The notes under the pieces were generated by a model. The model was not told where the DNA came from and did not search any database. It saw only the letters and a list, made by a program, of their open reading frames with translations. A stretch of DNA of 64,000 nucleotides from Terracidiphilus sp. (lineage in GTDB: Bacteria > Acidobacteriota > Terriglobia > Terriglobales > Acidobacteriaceae), in assembly GCA_052145815.1 (NCBI GenBank), contig JBKQNU010000103.1, forward strand, positions 44,836-108,835, read 5' to 3'. This document shows positions 29,725 through 40,338 of the stretch, one piece after another (position 1 is the stretch's first letter; the number at the start of each line of letters is the position of its first letter). Made by a program: the position numbers and the translations under genes.

Positions 29725-30018
29725 TTATTCTTTCCGCAACGCGGCGGCGCGCCGTTCAGCAAAATAAGCTGATACCTCATCGTGCGGAATCGCGGGGCGC
29801 GGATCGTCCAGAGCCTGGCGCACCTTGGCGCGGAACCAGGCGTCATGCTCGTCCTCGTTGGCAGCCAGCGCGAAAGGAAGCGCACCCTCATTTGCCGTTC
29901 GAGTGAGAAGGATGCGCACAGCATCCGATACCGTAATCCCCATCTCTCCCAGTACTGCCGCCGCGCGTTCCTTCACCGCCGGGTCAATCCGTGTTTGCAC
30001 CAACGCATTCGCTGCCAT
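29725..30018 (-). CDS. RelB/DinJ family antitoxin
   Basis: VQTRIDPAVKERAAAVLGEMGITVSDAVRILL (RHH); HDAWFRAKV. Confidence 0.9.
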   Translation of the reverse strand: MAANALVQTRIDPAVKERAAAVLGEMGITVSDAVRILLTRTANEGALPFALAANEDEHDAWFRAKVRQALDDPRPAIPHDEVSAYFAERRAAALRKE

Positions 30019-30169
30019 AAGTTCAGATTCCCCCAATCTCGATTGTAATTCATTTGCATGACAAATTGACCCTTCAGAGAATAAGGATACGCTCATTTTG
30101 CAGAGCAAAGTCCGGACGCAACCGGACAGAATGGGCCGTTCGGAAATGATCCCATTCCACAATAGGCAG

Positions 30170-31390
30170 TTATGCCGTGGCCAGCATGCGCGAAGTACCC
30201 GCACCGGTCGAATCCGTGTCGGCTGCCAGGCGCTCAATAGTCACCACCGTGATGTCGTCTTCCTGGCCGAACTGCCTGGCCGCCTCTGCGATTGCGGCTG
30301 CGGGCTGGATCGAAACAGCCCTTCCCCGCTCGAAACCGAAGAGTTCGCCTTTCTCGTTCTGGGCCTCGATCACTCCGTCGGAGTAGAATGTCAACCGGCT
30401 GCCCTGCGGTAAATGGAAATGCGTGACCTGGTACGACGCATTCTTGACAACACCAAGGGGCAAAGCCCCCTGCAATTCGACCTCCCTGCCATCGAGATAA
30501 GGCGACAAATGACCGGCGTTGGCAATGGTCACACTGCCGTCGGCAGCAATGCGAGCCACCAACGCAGTCGAGAACCCACCATGGGTTCGTCCGATGAGCC
30601 GGTCATTGAGGCTGGCGAGAAGTTCAGCTGGGTCCTTTGTGTACTCGGCCGCGCCGCGAATCGCGCCCACCAGGACGGAAACCAGCATGGCGGCGGGCAA
30701 TCCCTTGCCGGCAACGTCTCCAATAACAACCAGCAGGCCGCCTTCACCAGCGGGCAGAACCTGGAAAAAGTCCCCCCCGACCTGTCGCGCTGGCTGGTAC
30801 ATGCTCTCGACTTTGAATCCCGGAACCGCCTCAACCTGCTCCGGCAGGATGACTTCCTGGACCTCCCGGGCAGCTGCCAGTTCACCCTCCAGGAGCGCCT
30901 GCTGCCGGCTCATCTCCGCGTGCACCCGGGCATGGCGCCGCCCCTCGCGGACGAAGACAATCACAAAGCCCGCATAGCTCAGGCTCATGGCAATGATCGT
31001 GGCGAGACCATCGAAGGCCAGCCGGCTCTGCATCCGCCCCATGGCCTCGGCATCCATCTGTCGGGGCTGAGGAGTACTCGGAAACAAGTTGCCCAGCACA
31101 CCCATGGTTACAAACTGGAGTACAAACAAGGGAATAAACGCCTTCCAGAACTTCCCCCGCAGCGATATTCCGGTTAAAGCATAGGTAACAGCAAAAAGGC
31201 CTGAAAGCACGACCGCCAAGGCAAATCGCAACGGCGGCTGGTGCCCCATTTCGATGATGTCATTGGCAAACGCCAGAATCGTAAAGGTGAAAAACACGGC
31301 AAGAAAAAAAAGAACGGATGTCGTTCGCGGCGCAGATTTCCAAATGCTTACAGCTCTCTCGGAATCCGAACTTTCCTCTTTTATTTTCAA
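30170..31390 (-). CDS. Membrane-anchored PP2C/SpoIIE phosphatase
   Basis: VGGDFF, GDVAGKG, NAGH, YSDGVIEA, DDIT; about 4 N-terminal TM helices. Confidence 0.9.
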   Translation of the reverse strand: MKIKEESSDSERAVSIWKSAPRTTSVLFFLAVFFTFTILAFANDIIEMGHQPPLRFALAVVLSGLFAVTYALTGISLRGKFWKAFIPLFVLQFVTMGVLGNLFPSTPQPRQMDAEAMGRMQSRLAFDGLATIIAMSLSYAGFVIVFVREGRRHARVHAEMSRQQALLEGELAAAREVQEVILPEQVEAVPGFKVESMYQPARQVGGDFFQVLPAGEGGLLVVIGDVAGKGLPAAMLVSVLVGAIRGAAEYTKDPAELLASLNDRLIGRTHGGFSTALVARIAADGSVTIANAGHLSPYLDGREVELQGALPLGVVKNASYQVTHFHLPQGSRLTFYSDGVIEAQNEKGELFGFERGRAVSIQPAAAIAEAARQFGQEDDITVVTIERLAADTDSTGAGTSRMLATA

Positions 31391-31689
31391 AATGGCACCG
31401 AATTACATCCGCTTCGATTTTCCCCGACACCGGGTGACGATTGCTCGGAGTGCACTCTCAATGGTCGGCTATTCGAAGATGAATCTCCGCATGCCGACCC
31501 GACCTGGCCTGTCTCCGCAATCGCCGCACTTACTGACAGCCGATCGTCGAAAACTACCCTTTTTCGCATCCGACAGGCTTGCATTGTAATGCTTTTGCGG
31601 AGCATTCAAAAGGCTTACGCTGCATTCAACCCCAAATGCGCCGGGATCTTTGTCAGCAGATTTGGGGATTGACCTTCAGCATGCCTCAA

Positions 31690-33849
31690 TCATTCCGAAG
31701 CTGATTTTCCCGCGAGGACTGTAATGGACGCCTTGGGCAACAACACCGTTTGCCTCGTCTGCCAGTTGAATTCGCTGCGCTTCGGAGGCCCGTCGGGGTC
31801 CGCGTGGCTCGAAGCACCAGATGAATGCCACACATACTCCGCCGCTCCAAAGGTCACCATTTTCACTTGTCCCGCAAACTGCGCCGGCGCTTCCTTTCCG
31901 CCGTCTTCGAAGGCGATCGTCACCTCGTGCGCATTGCTCGGATCCTTGTTAATGATCAACAGCGACCACTCCCCATCCGGCCGTTTCACGGCATAGGCAG
32001 TAATCAGCTTGTGATGCGCCTCGTCCTCCAAATCCCCTGCCGCCGGATATAGCTCATGCGTCCCCGCACCATGTTTCACCCAGTCCAGATTCAACAACTG
32101 GCTGGCGAAATACTGCGCCGTATACTGCCGTATTTCGAGCTTTTCATTGGCGACGAAACTGCCGAATGTGCTCCAGACCTGGCATCCCGGCCGTAGCGTC
32201 TCTGGCTGGATGGGCGAGTGATAATACGCCGCGCCTGGCCCCGCGTTGGTCAGGAATGTGCCGACACTGTCTGCCAGCCACAAGCCCGCAAACAGGTCCT
32301 GCATCGGATCGGTCAGCGACCACGATACATTGCTCTCCGTATTGAACAACGGAACATCTGCGGGCACTCCGTCGTCCCGCCATGCGTCCAGCGTTCCCTT
32401 CACCAGTTGCGGCTCGCGATACAGATCGGTCCAATTGATCGCGCACGGATCGAGCGGATAATGTTCGAAAGAGACAAACGCCAGGTCAGCCATTCTGCCG
32501 TGCGCCTTCAGGTAATCCAGAAACCGGCCCAGCCACGAAGTACGTCCCTGCGCATCCGGCCATACCTTGATATCTTCATTCACTCCCGTAAACACCGGGC
32601 CGCCCAGCTTCAACCTGGGGTCAACCTTGTGCAGCGCGGTCGCCCATTGCAGATAGAGCGCGGCATAATCTTCCGGCAGCATGTACGCGCCATCCGGCTC
32701 TTCGCTCATTTCCACATAGGAAATTGGATACCCGCGCTTCTCGATGTATGCGATCTCCGCCAGACTGTCTTCCGGCGTGGCATACACCATGGCAATGGGA
32801 ATCATGGCCGGCAAGTGATTGGTGTATCCGCTGGTAAAAAACAGGTCAAACCCTGTCTGAATCCGCGTGGACACAATGCTTTCAGCCGTGTGCCAGGGAT
32901 CTACAGAAGAAGCCTGCGTCACCGTCTGCGCCTGGCTGGGACCGTGTTTGACCAAATCGACAAACTGGCCAAGGGAATTGAAGTTGCCCGCGCTGATTTC
33001 GCCGATCGCATAGCCAACGCAATTGCGCGGGTCGCCGCTTCCGTGCGTGTCGCAGGTATTCGAGGAAGCAGTCATCAGGATGCGCAGAAACCGCGTTGCC
33101 ACTGGCTGATCGGCAAGCCGCTGCACTTTGCTGCCACCCTGTCCGCCAGTCACCCTCCCCTGCGGAAAAGTCACCCATAGGCCCGCGGTCTGCTTGTCCA
33201 GCGCATCTGCCTTGCCGTTCCAATACTCGACCTCGTAGCTGGTCGCGTATGGGTCGGCCCAGGCAATCTGAATGGCATCGATCTCCTGGGTCGAAGCAAG
33301 ATCGATGACCACCCATTGCGGGTGCGCAGAGTCGGGCTCGCCCGTAAACTTGCTGCTCAGGTATGGATTGCTCTTCCAGTAAGTGCTCGGATCGCCATCG
33401 GTCATGCGCGAATACTCATCCTGGCCGGAATCGCTGCGCGTCGTTCCCCGGTGCGCGAGCCGGTATCCATACGACTCACGCAGAAAGCCATTCGGTTCTG
33501 CGCTTCCCACAAAATACCCGCTCTTGTGCTTCTCGTCGCTCCAGGTGCCGTTAGGGTTCCAGTGCCAAGCATCATAGGTGAGCTCAGTATTCTGCCGGTA
33601 CGAGATGGGCCCCCAGCCCGCCGAAAGCCCGGCTTTAATCACTGGTTCGGAGTAGACGGCGTTGAAGTCCTTGGCGGTGAGAATGTCCATCGAGGTTCCC
33701 ATCGCCTTGTCCGGGTCAAAGGGGATAGCCTTTCCGGCACTCACATCGACATGCACGGTTTGTGCAGTCGCCGCGAGGCTGCTCGAAATGATGCCGAAAC
33801 TGAAAAGCAATACGGGAGCGACAACAGCTCGCAAACACGAAACGCGCAT
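31690..33849 (-). CDS. Secreted discoidin (F5/8, CBM32-like) domain glycoside hydrolase-like protein
   Basis: Signal peptide; DGDPSTYW...WVVIDL discoidin motif; EMSEEPD and FNTESN resemble clan GH-A catalytic motifs. Confidence 0.75.
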   Translation of the reverse strand: MRVSCLRAVVAPVLLFSFGIISSSLAATAQTVHVDVSAGKAIPFDPDKAMGTSMDILTAKDFNAVYSEPVIKAGLSAGWGPISYRQNTELTYDAWHWNPNGTWSDEKHKSGYFVGSAEPNGFLRESYGYRLAHRGTTRSDSGQDEYSRMTDGDPSTYWKSNPYLSSKFTGEPDSAHPQWVVIDLASTQEIDAIQIAWADPYATSYEVEYWNGKADALDKQTAGLWVTFPQGRVTGGQGGSKVQRLADQPVATRFLRILMTASSNTCDTHGSGDPRNCVGYAIGEISAGNFNSLGQFVDLVKHGPSQAQTVTQASSVDPWHTAESIVSTRIQTGFDLFFTSGYTNHLPAMIPIAMVYATPEDSLAEIAYIEKRGYPISYVEMSEEPDGAYMLPEDYAALYLQWATALHKVDPRLKLGGPVFTGVNEDIKVWPDAQGRTSWLGRFLDYLKAHGRMADLAFVSFEHYPLDPCAINWTDLYREPQLVKGTLDAWRDDGVPADVPLFNTESNVSWSLTDPMQDLFAGLWLADSVGTFLTNAGPGAAYYHSPIQPETLRPGCQVWSTFGSFVANEKLEIRQYTAQYFASQLLNLDWVKHGAGTHELYPAAGDLEDEAHHKLITAYAVKRPDGEWSLLIINKDPSNAHEVTIAFEDGGKEAPAQFAGQVKMVTFGAAEYVWHSSGASSHADPDGPPKRSEFNWQTRQTVLLPKASITVLAGKSASE

Positions 33850-33991
33850 ACCTGCTACCTCTGAATCCAATTATTCTAACGTTTGAATACCAGGAAATAG
33901 AAAGAAATCGCTCGCGGAAAGATGAAAACTGCGGTGTAAGCTTCGTCAGAAAATCCCGCCCATATCCAACGAAAAGAGCAACCCGCCGGCC

Positions 33992-34663
33992 CTATTCTTG
34001 TCGGGCAGCTCTAGCTTTCGCCACGAACTCGCGCACCTTGAACAGGTCCTTGCGGCCTGGTTCCTTCTCAACGCCCGAGACCACATCCACGCCCCAGGGC
34101 TGCAGAGTCGCGACAGCCTTAGCCACATTGGCAGGGTTCAGTCCGCCCGCCGCGATCAGTTTAACCGTGCCAATGTCGCTGAAGATCGTCTTGCGCGCCG
34201 CGGTCCAATCGAAGGCCACGCCGGTACCGCCCACCGCGGTTGCCGTGCACGAGTCCACCAGCACCCCGTCCACATGCAAATTCCGCGCGTGCTCCGCAAT
34301 CTGCTTTGAAACCAGGTCCGCCGCGCCGGCGTCAAAATGCGCAACCCGCATAATCCGCAAATGACTCCCCAGTCGTCCATGGAGCTTCGCCGGCATGTCC
34401 ACATCTGCATCGAAGTGCAGTTGCACGCCGGTGAGTCCGCTGATCCGTACTGTGGAGTAGATCTCCGCCACATGCGCATCGACGAATACGCCAATCTTCT
34501 CCACGTTTGGCGGCAAATGGCGGATGATGGAAGCCGCTTCAGCCGCGGTTATCCGTCGCGGGCTCGGCGCAAACACAAAACCCACCGCATCGGCGCCGGC
34601 CTCCACGGCAAGGCGCGCATCCGCCAAAGATGTGTTGCCGCAGATTTTGACCCATAGGCTCAT
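33992..34663 (-). CDS. trpF: Phosphoribosylanthranilate isomerase
   Basis: VKICG, GADAVGFVF, GGTG, AGGLNPANV, DVVSGVE. Confidence 0.95.
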   Translation of the reverse strand: MSLWVKICGNTSLADARLAVEAGADAVGFVFAPSPRRITAAEAASIIRHLPPNVEKIGVFVDAHVAEIYSTVRISGLTGVQLHFDADVDMPAKLHGRLGSHLRIMRVAHFDAGAADLVSKQIAEHARNLHVDGVLVDSCTATAVGGTGVAFDWTAARKTIFSDIGTVKLIAAGGLNPANVAKAVATLQPWGVDVVSGVEKEPGRKDLFKVREFVAKARAARQE

Positions 34664-35472
34664 CGCCTCACCGTTGTTCCTGCCAGCAGAGCTGCCAGCG
34701 CCGCGCCGGGATCCGTCTGCCGCATCAGGCTTTCGCCGATCAGGAACGCATCGAATCCAGCCGCCTTCAGCTTGACCAGGTCTTCCGCGGTCGCGATTCC
34801 GCTCTCCGTCACGCGCAGCACGCTGCTCGGGATCCGCTCAACCAGGCTAAGCGAAGTTTCCAGGCTGACTTCGAAGGTTCTTAAATCGCGGTTGTTCACC
34901 CCGATTGCATCCGCGCCAGTCTCGCCGAGCGCATCCAGCACCCGGTCCAGTTCCCCGGTCGTATGTACTTCGACCAGCACATCGAGTGTAAGTCCGCGCG
35001 CCAGGTTTGAAAACCGCTTCATCTCGGCGTCGCTCAGCGCGGCCGCAATCAGCAGGATCGCGTCTGCCCGATGCGCTCGCGCCTCAACAATCTGGTACTC
35101 GTCCACCATGAAATCCTTGCGCAGGCAGGCGAGTGGAGTAGCGGCCGAAGCCAGTTCCAGGTTGCGCAGGCTACCCTGAAAATATGTCTCGTCGGTCAGC
35201 ACAGAAAGTACTGTCGCGCCGCCTGTTCGATACCTGCGTGCCAGTCCTTCCACATCGAAATCCTTGCGGATTAGCCCCTTGGATGGAGAGGCCTTCTTGA
35301 TCTCCGCAATCACCGCCGGACCCATTGCCGCCTTCCGCCTCAACGCCGCCGCCCAACCGCGCGGCCGGTGCGCAGCCATGCGCTTCTCCAACTCGGCCAT
35401 GGGCACGCGTGCTTTGGCCGCGGCCACAGTGGTTCGCGTGGAAGCAAGAATTGTATCCAGATGAGTCGCCAT
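34660..35472 (-). CDS. trpC: Indole-3-glycerol phosphate synthase
   Basis: IAEIKKASPSKG, LSVLTD, LRKDF, GVNNRDL, ESGI. Confidence 0.96.
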   Translation of the reverse strand: MATHLDTILASTRTTVAAAKARVPMAELEKRMAAHRPRGWAAALRRKAAMGPAVIAEIKKASPSKGLIRKDFDVEGLARRYRTGGATVLSVLTDETYFQGSLRNLELASAATPLACLRKDFMVDEYQIVEARAHRADAILLIAAALSDAEMKRFSNLARGLTLDVLVEVHTTGELDRVLDALGETGADAIGVNNRDLRTFEVSLETSLSLVERIPSSVLRVTESGIATAEDLVKLKAAGFDAFLIGESLMRQTDPGAALAALLAGTTVRR

Positions 35473-35819
35473 ACGCTGGCTAGAGTATACGAGGATCATT
35501 CCGGGGAGCCCATGGTCGCCCCTTCCCAAGCGCTCAGTTGCACCTAAACGACATTCTTCTTGAAACTTACATGGATTTCCGACAGAATAAGAGCCAACCA
35601 ATTTCTGGCGTATTCCCTTGATATCGCCATTGCTCGGCCTGTTTCACTGTGCACTCCTCTTTGCGCCCCCAAAGAGTTTTCGACCCTGCAGATCTGAGTT
35701 TCCCCTGGGAACGCGACCTCCATCGAGCGGCCGTTTCCGAATCCCTAATTCTCAAGCCTGGTGAACGCCACACAAAGAGCATTAGAAGCGCAAGCCAAAC
35801 CTCTTTCTAAGGAGCTGCC

Positions 35820-38800
35820 GTGAAAAAATCCCTCTCGGGATGGATGCTTTGTTGCATCCTTGCCCTCGCCCCTTCTGCATTCTGCCAAACCGCAACCACC
35901 TCACTCCGCGGCGTCGTCAAGGATTCAAGCGGCGCACTGGTTCCGAGCACGACCATCACTCTCAAGGACCAAGGCACAGACAATTCGTACACCGCTGTCT
36001 CCAATGGCGCAGGCTTCTACATCTTCCCCATCGTCAACCCCGCTCACTACCTGATCACGGTCGCGTGCAGCGGATTTGCCACGCAGACACGCACCGCCGA
36101 ATTGCTCGTCGATCAACCGGCCACCATCAACTTCACCCTTAGCGTCAAGGCCGAAACGGTGACCGTGGACGTAAGCACAGCCACCGAGACGCTCAACTTT
36201 ACCGACGCCAGCGTCGGCAACTCGGTGGGCAGCGGCACCATCCAAGCGCTGCCCATGGAGGGACGTGACCCCATCAACCTCCTGAGCTTGCAGCCCGGCG
36301 TTCTTTACGTGGGCAACGAGATCTCAGACAGCCGCCAGGGCGCAGTGGCCGGTGGACGCTCGGATCAGGGCAACATTACCCTGGATGGACTCGACGACAA
36401 CGACCAGATCGGCGGCGCGGCGTTTACCGGGATTCTCCGCTCCACGCTCGACTCCACCGAGGAGTTTCGCGTCACCACCTCCAATGGCACAGCTGCCGCC
36501 GGTCGCTCCTCCGGCGCCCAGGTTGACCTCGTCACCAAGAGTGGAACCAACAAGCTCCACGGCGCCCTCTACGAGTACTACCGCCCAACCAACACCGTCG
36601 CCAACTCCTTCTTCTACAAGAATGAGGAACTGAGCTCGATGGAGCCGAACGTTCCCCAGAAGTACGTTCTGAACACCTTCGGAGGTGCCATCGGCGGCCC
36701 CATCTTGAAAGACAAGCTCTTCTACTTCTTCAACTACGAGGGAAAACGGCAGGCAATCTCAGACATCGTTGGAGCCACGGTGCCCACCGCCACTTTCATG
36801 GGCGGAGGGCTCTCGTACATTGATACCACCGGCAACACCGATACCCTCACACCCGCCCAGGTCGCAACCATGGACATGCCCTGCGAGACACAAACCTTCC
36901 AAGGCTCGCCGGTTTGTCCAAACGGTCCAGGCGCCAACGCTGCCGTGCTGAAGTATCTTTCCTCCGAGCCAACCGCCACCGGAACCGTGCTGGGTGACGG
37001 TGGCTTGAACTCGGGTTCGCTGTTCTTCAGTTCTCCTGCGCCGTCCACACTGAACACGAGCATTCTCAAGATCGACTACAGCCTGAACAGCAAAAGCCAT
37101 TTCTTTGTCCGGGGCAACCTGCAAAAAGATACTGCTTCCGGCGACGAAAACTTTCCCGGGCAGCCTGCGGCCACTTTCTACGACGACAACACCAAGGGCA
37201 TTAGCGGAGGGTACAGCTGGATTCCTACGGCGCACATCGTCAACGACGCTCGCTATGGCTATATCCGCCAGGGCTACCAGAGCGGCGGCATTGCGCCCGG
37301 CGAATGGGTCGACATCGCTGGCCTCACCCAGCCAACCGCGCAGACGGGCACCTATCAGCTCCACGTGCCGGTAAACAACATCACCGATACCCTGAGTTGG
37401 AACAAAGGCACGCACACCTTTGCCTTTGGTGCGAACTGGCGCGGCATCACCAACCACCACGCCGGCAATGGCGGCTCCTTTGATGGTGCCAGCACCAACG
37501 CTTACTACGCCAACACAGGTGATTTGCCCACCCCTGCCAACATGTCAGGAAATTTCATTAACTCATGGATGTTCGACTGGGCGAATCTCATGGGAGTTAT
37601 CCCTGAGCTCACCAACGCATATAACTACACCATCACCGGTCCCACCTCCGGCGTGGCGCTGCCCGAAGGCGCGTCTGTAGTCAAGAACTTCCATTCCAAC
37701 GAGTGGGAAGGTTATGTGCAGGACACCTGGCACGCCCGCCGCAATCTCACCGTCACTTACGGCGTCCGCTATACCTTGCTGGAGACGCCTTACGAGACGC
37801 ACGGCCAGCAGATTTCGCCCACTGTCGATACCGATGCCTGGTATCTGAAGCGCGAATCCGCCGCGCAGCAGGGCCAGGTCTACGAGCCGCTGATTTCCCT
37901 CACACCTTCCGGCAAAGCCAACCACGCACCGGCATACTGGCCCGAACAGAAGAATGGTTTTGCCCCGCGCCTTGGGGTAGTGTTCGCGCCCAATGGACGA
38001 ACCTCCATCCGCGCCAGCGCCGGCATGTACTTCGACCACTACGGCGAGGCCCTGGTCAACACATTTGACACCAACGGTTCCTATGGCCTCACCGCCGAAA
38101 TCAGCAACGCAGCCGACGTGCTGGGCTTTGAGAATTCACCGCGCTTCACTGGCCCCCACAATCTGCCCGATATTCCGTTGCCTCCCTTCTCGCCTACGCA
38201 GACTTTCCCCTTTGAACCTCCGGTCGATGGCTTCGCCATCGATTGGGGCATGGACAACCACCTCAGGACCCCCTATGCCGAGTCATTCAACTTCTCAATC
38301 CAGCATGAATTGCCCGGCGGGTTCACCTTCGAAGAGGCTTACGTCGGACGGCTTGGCCACCACCTTCTCCAGGAACTCGACCTCGCCGAGCCGACTGACT
38401 TTGTCGACCCCAGCGGTGGCGGCGACTATTTCTCCGCTGCGCGAATCCTCTCTCAGGAAGTTGATGCCGCGCCCTTCGGAACTGAACAATACGGGATCTT
38501 TGCGGGAAACACCCAAAAAGTGAACAACAACATTCAGGCCATCCCCTACTTCGAAAATGTCTTCCCCTATATGAAGAATCAGGACTACGTGGGAGAAAGT
38601 GCTACCCAGGCCATCTTCAACAACGCCTGGTCTCCGGAACGCTACACCAACGGCGAAACTCTATCGCTCGCATTTCTCGACGTATTCGGTATCTTTCCCG
38701 GCAGCCCCTTCAACGGCGGCGCATCGCAGTCCACGTTCTGGAGCAGCCAGTTCTCCTCGCTCTACTCGCTGGATTCGATCGGCAACAGCTCCTACAATGC

Positions 38801-39584
38801 TCTGCAGTTCACCCTCCGTCACCCCGCCTCCCACGGATTGACGGTCGACTTCAGCTACACCTTCGCCAAATCCCTTGACCTGGGCTCGGAGACAGAGCGC
38901 TCCAACATCTTCAGCGACGTGGACGACGCCTATACCAACTTCGCCATCCAGAACACCTGGAATCCCAAGCTCAACAAGGGTGTCTCGGACTTTGACACGC
39001 ACAGTCTGCTCACCACCGACTGGGTGTATGTGCTGCCGGTTGGCCGCGGAAAGGCCGCGCTGGGCGGCATCAGCCAGGTGGCCGACGCTTTTATCGGCGG
39101 GTGGCAATGGGCTGGACTCTCACGCTGGACCAGCGCTCTGCCCTTCACCCTGGAATCGCCCGCATACCCCACCAACTACGACAACCCGGCCATGACCTTC
39201 AACTTGGGCGACGTCCGGACCCATAGGAGCATCATCAACGGAATCCCCCACGCGATCGACCCCACCGTGGCTTCGTCGATCGGCAACGGCATTTACTTTG
39301 GCACCCCGCTCCGGCTGCCCTACGCGGGAGAGGCCGGAAACCGCAACGTCTATCGTGGAGACGGCTACTTCGACATCGACTCCGCCCTGGCCAAGAGCTG
39401 GAAGCTGGGTGAATTGGCCACGCTCAAGTTCGCCGCCGAGGCTTACAACATCACCAACTCGGTTCGTTTTGACACCAGCCCCAACGGCCTCGTCGCCGCC
39501 ACCGGCAGCCCCACCCTGGGAACCTACGATGCGCCCCTTTCCACCTACCGCCGCATGCAATTTGGCTTGCGGGTCGACTTCTGA
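35820..39584 (+). CDS. TonB-dependent receptor with a carboxypeptidase-regulatory-like N-domain
   Basis: Signal peptide; GVVKDSSGALVP; EEFRVTTSN; TKSGTNKLHG; C-terminal QFGLRVDF. Confidence 0.93.
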   Translation: MKKSLSGWMLCCILALAPSAFCQTATTSLRGVVKDSSGALVPSTTITLKDQGTDNSYTAVSNGAGFYIFPIVNPAHYLITVACSGFATQTRTAELLVDQPATINFTLSVKAETVTVDVSTATETLNFTDASVGNSVGSGTIQALPMEGRDPINLLSLQPGVLYVGNEISDSRQGAVAGGRSDQGNITLDGLDDNDQIGGAAFTGILRSTLDSTEEFRVTTSNGTAAAGRSSGAQVDLVTKSGTNKLHGALYEYYRPTNTVANSFFYKNEELSSMEPNVPQKYVLNTFGGAIGGPILKDKLFYFFNYEGKRQAISDIVGATVPTATFMGGGLSYIDTTGNTDTLTPAQVATMDMPCETQTFQGSPVCPNGPGANAAVLKYLSSEPTATGTVLGDGGLNSGSLFFSSPAPSTLNTSILKIDYSLNSKSHFFVRGNLQKDTASGDENFPGQPAATFYDDNTKGISGGYSWIPTAHIVNDARYGYIRQGYQSGGIAPGEWVDIAGLTQPTAQTGTYQLHVPVNNITDTLSWNKGTHTFAFGANWRGITNHHAGNGGSFDGASTNAYYANTGDLPTPANMSGNFINSWMFDWANLMGVIPELTNAYNYTITGPTSGVALPEGASVVKNFHSNEWEGYVQDTWHARRNLTVTYGVRYTLLETPYETHGQQISPTVDTDAWYLKRESAAQQGQVYEPLISLTPSGKANHAPAYWPEQKNGFAPRLGVVFAPNGRTSIRASAGMYFDHYGEALVNTFDTNGSYGLTAEISNAADVLGFENSPRFTGPHNLPDIPLPPFSPTQTFPFEPPVDGFAIDWGMDNHLRTPYAESFNFSIQHELPGGFTFEEAYVGRLGHHLLQELDLAEPTDFVDPSGGGDYFSAARILSQEVDAAPFGTEQYGIFAGNTQKVNNNIQAIPYFENVFPYMKNQDYVGESATQAIFNNAWSPERYTNGETLSLAFLDVFGIFPGSPFNGGASQSTFWSSQFSSLYSLDSIGNSSYNALQFTLRHPASHGLTVDFSYTFAKSLDLGSETERSNIFSDVDDAYTNFAIQNTWNPKLNKGVSDFDTHSLLTTDWVYVLPVGRGKAALGGISQVADAFIGGWQWAGLSRWTSALPFTLESPAYPTNYDNPAMTFNLGDVRTHRSIINGIPHAIDPTVASSIGNGIYFGTPLRLPYAGEAGNRNVYRGDGYFDIDSALAKSWKLGELATLKFAAEAYNITNSVRFDTSPNGLVAATGSPTLGTYDAPLSTYRRMQFGLRVDF

Positions 39585-39604
39585 GGCTCGCTAAAATGCC
39601 CTGA

Positions 39605-39649
39605 GTGCCCCATCCTTGGCACGTTTTTGTATTTGTGCCAAGGGTGGGA
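39605..39649. repeat. Family A palindrome variant between convergent genes
   Basis: GTGCCCCATCCTTGGCAC...GTGCCAAGGGTGGGA. Confidence 0.75.
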
Positions 39650-39672
39650 CTTCACATCGCAGAGTGCCCGGC

Positions 39673-40182
39673 TCACCCCTCATCATGAAACTCCTGAATC
39701 ACCTTTTCTGTAGTGATTCGCTGCTGCACCGGCGTTGAAAGCACAGTCGACGTTGATGTGGTCCCATAGTGGCCGAGGGTATCCAGGAACCGCTCCAGGT
39801 GCTCGACGGAAACCACCCGAGCCTTCAAAATGAACGAATCGGATCCGGTAACCCGATGGCACTCCAGCACCTCCATCCACTTCACCACCTGCGCTTGAAA
39901 CGCCCGCACCGTCGATTCAGGTCCGCCAATCGATAACCGCACAAAGATGAGTATGGGTAGGCCCAGCCGCTCCAGGCTGATATCGGCATGAAAGCCGCGA
40001 ATGACCCCGAGTTCCTGCAGTCGATACACGCGTTCGGCCACTGCCGGCGTAGTCAGGCCCACGCGCCGGCCAAGTTCCGCCCATGACAAGCGCGCATCCT
40101 GTTGCAGCTCTTCAATAATCTTCCATGAGATGCGGTCCAGTTCGGCTGGCTCGTAACGTGTTCTGTGTTGGCTGTTGGACAT
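39673..40182 (-). CDS. Lrp/AsnC family regulator
   Basis: LQQDARLSWAELGRRVGLT, ECHRVTG; divergent from hmgA. Confidence 0.93.
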   Translation of the reverse strand: MSNSQHRTRYEPAELDRISWKIIEELQQDARLSWAELGRRVGLTTPAVAERVYRLQELGVIRGFHADISLERLGLPILIFVRLSIGGPESTVRAFQAQVVKWMEVLECHRVTGSDSFILKARVVSVEHLERFLDTLGHYGTTSTSTVLSTPVQQRITTEKVIQEFHDEG

Positions 40183-40338
40183 GGCTCACTCTCTGGATTC
40201 ACCTTTCAATTGAAGGACATTACCATTGTTTTCTTAAGAAAGTAAACCTGTCCCACCCGGCAGCCTGCTGAATTGGATTGTCAGGCCTTGCAGGCGAATG
40301 CGATACTGCCCGTCGTCACAGGACCACGGAGCTTCCCC

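Noticed and set aside
35473-35819. Trp attenuator or leader peptide upstream of trpC
   Set aside because: No Trp-codon leader recognised; TATACT lies ~11 nt before the trpC ATG, leaving no room for one
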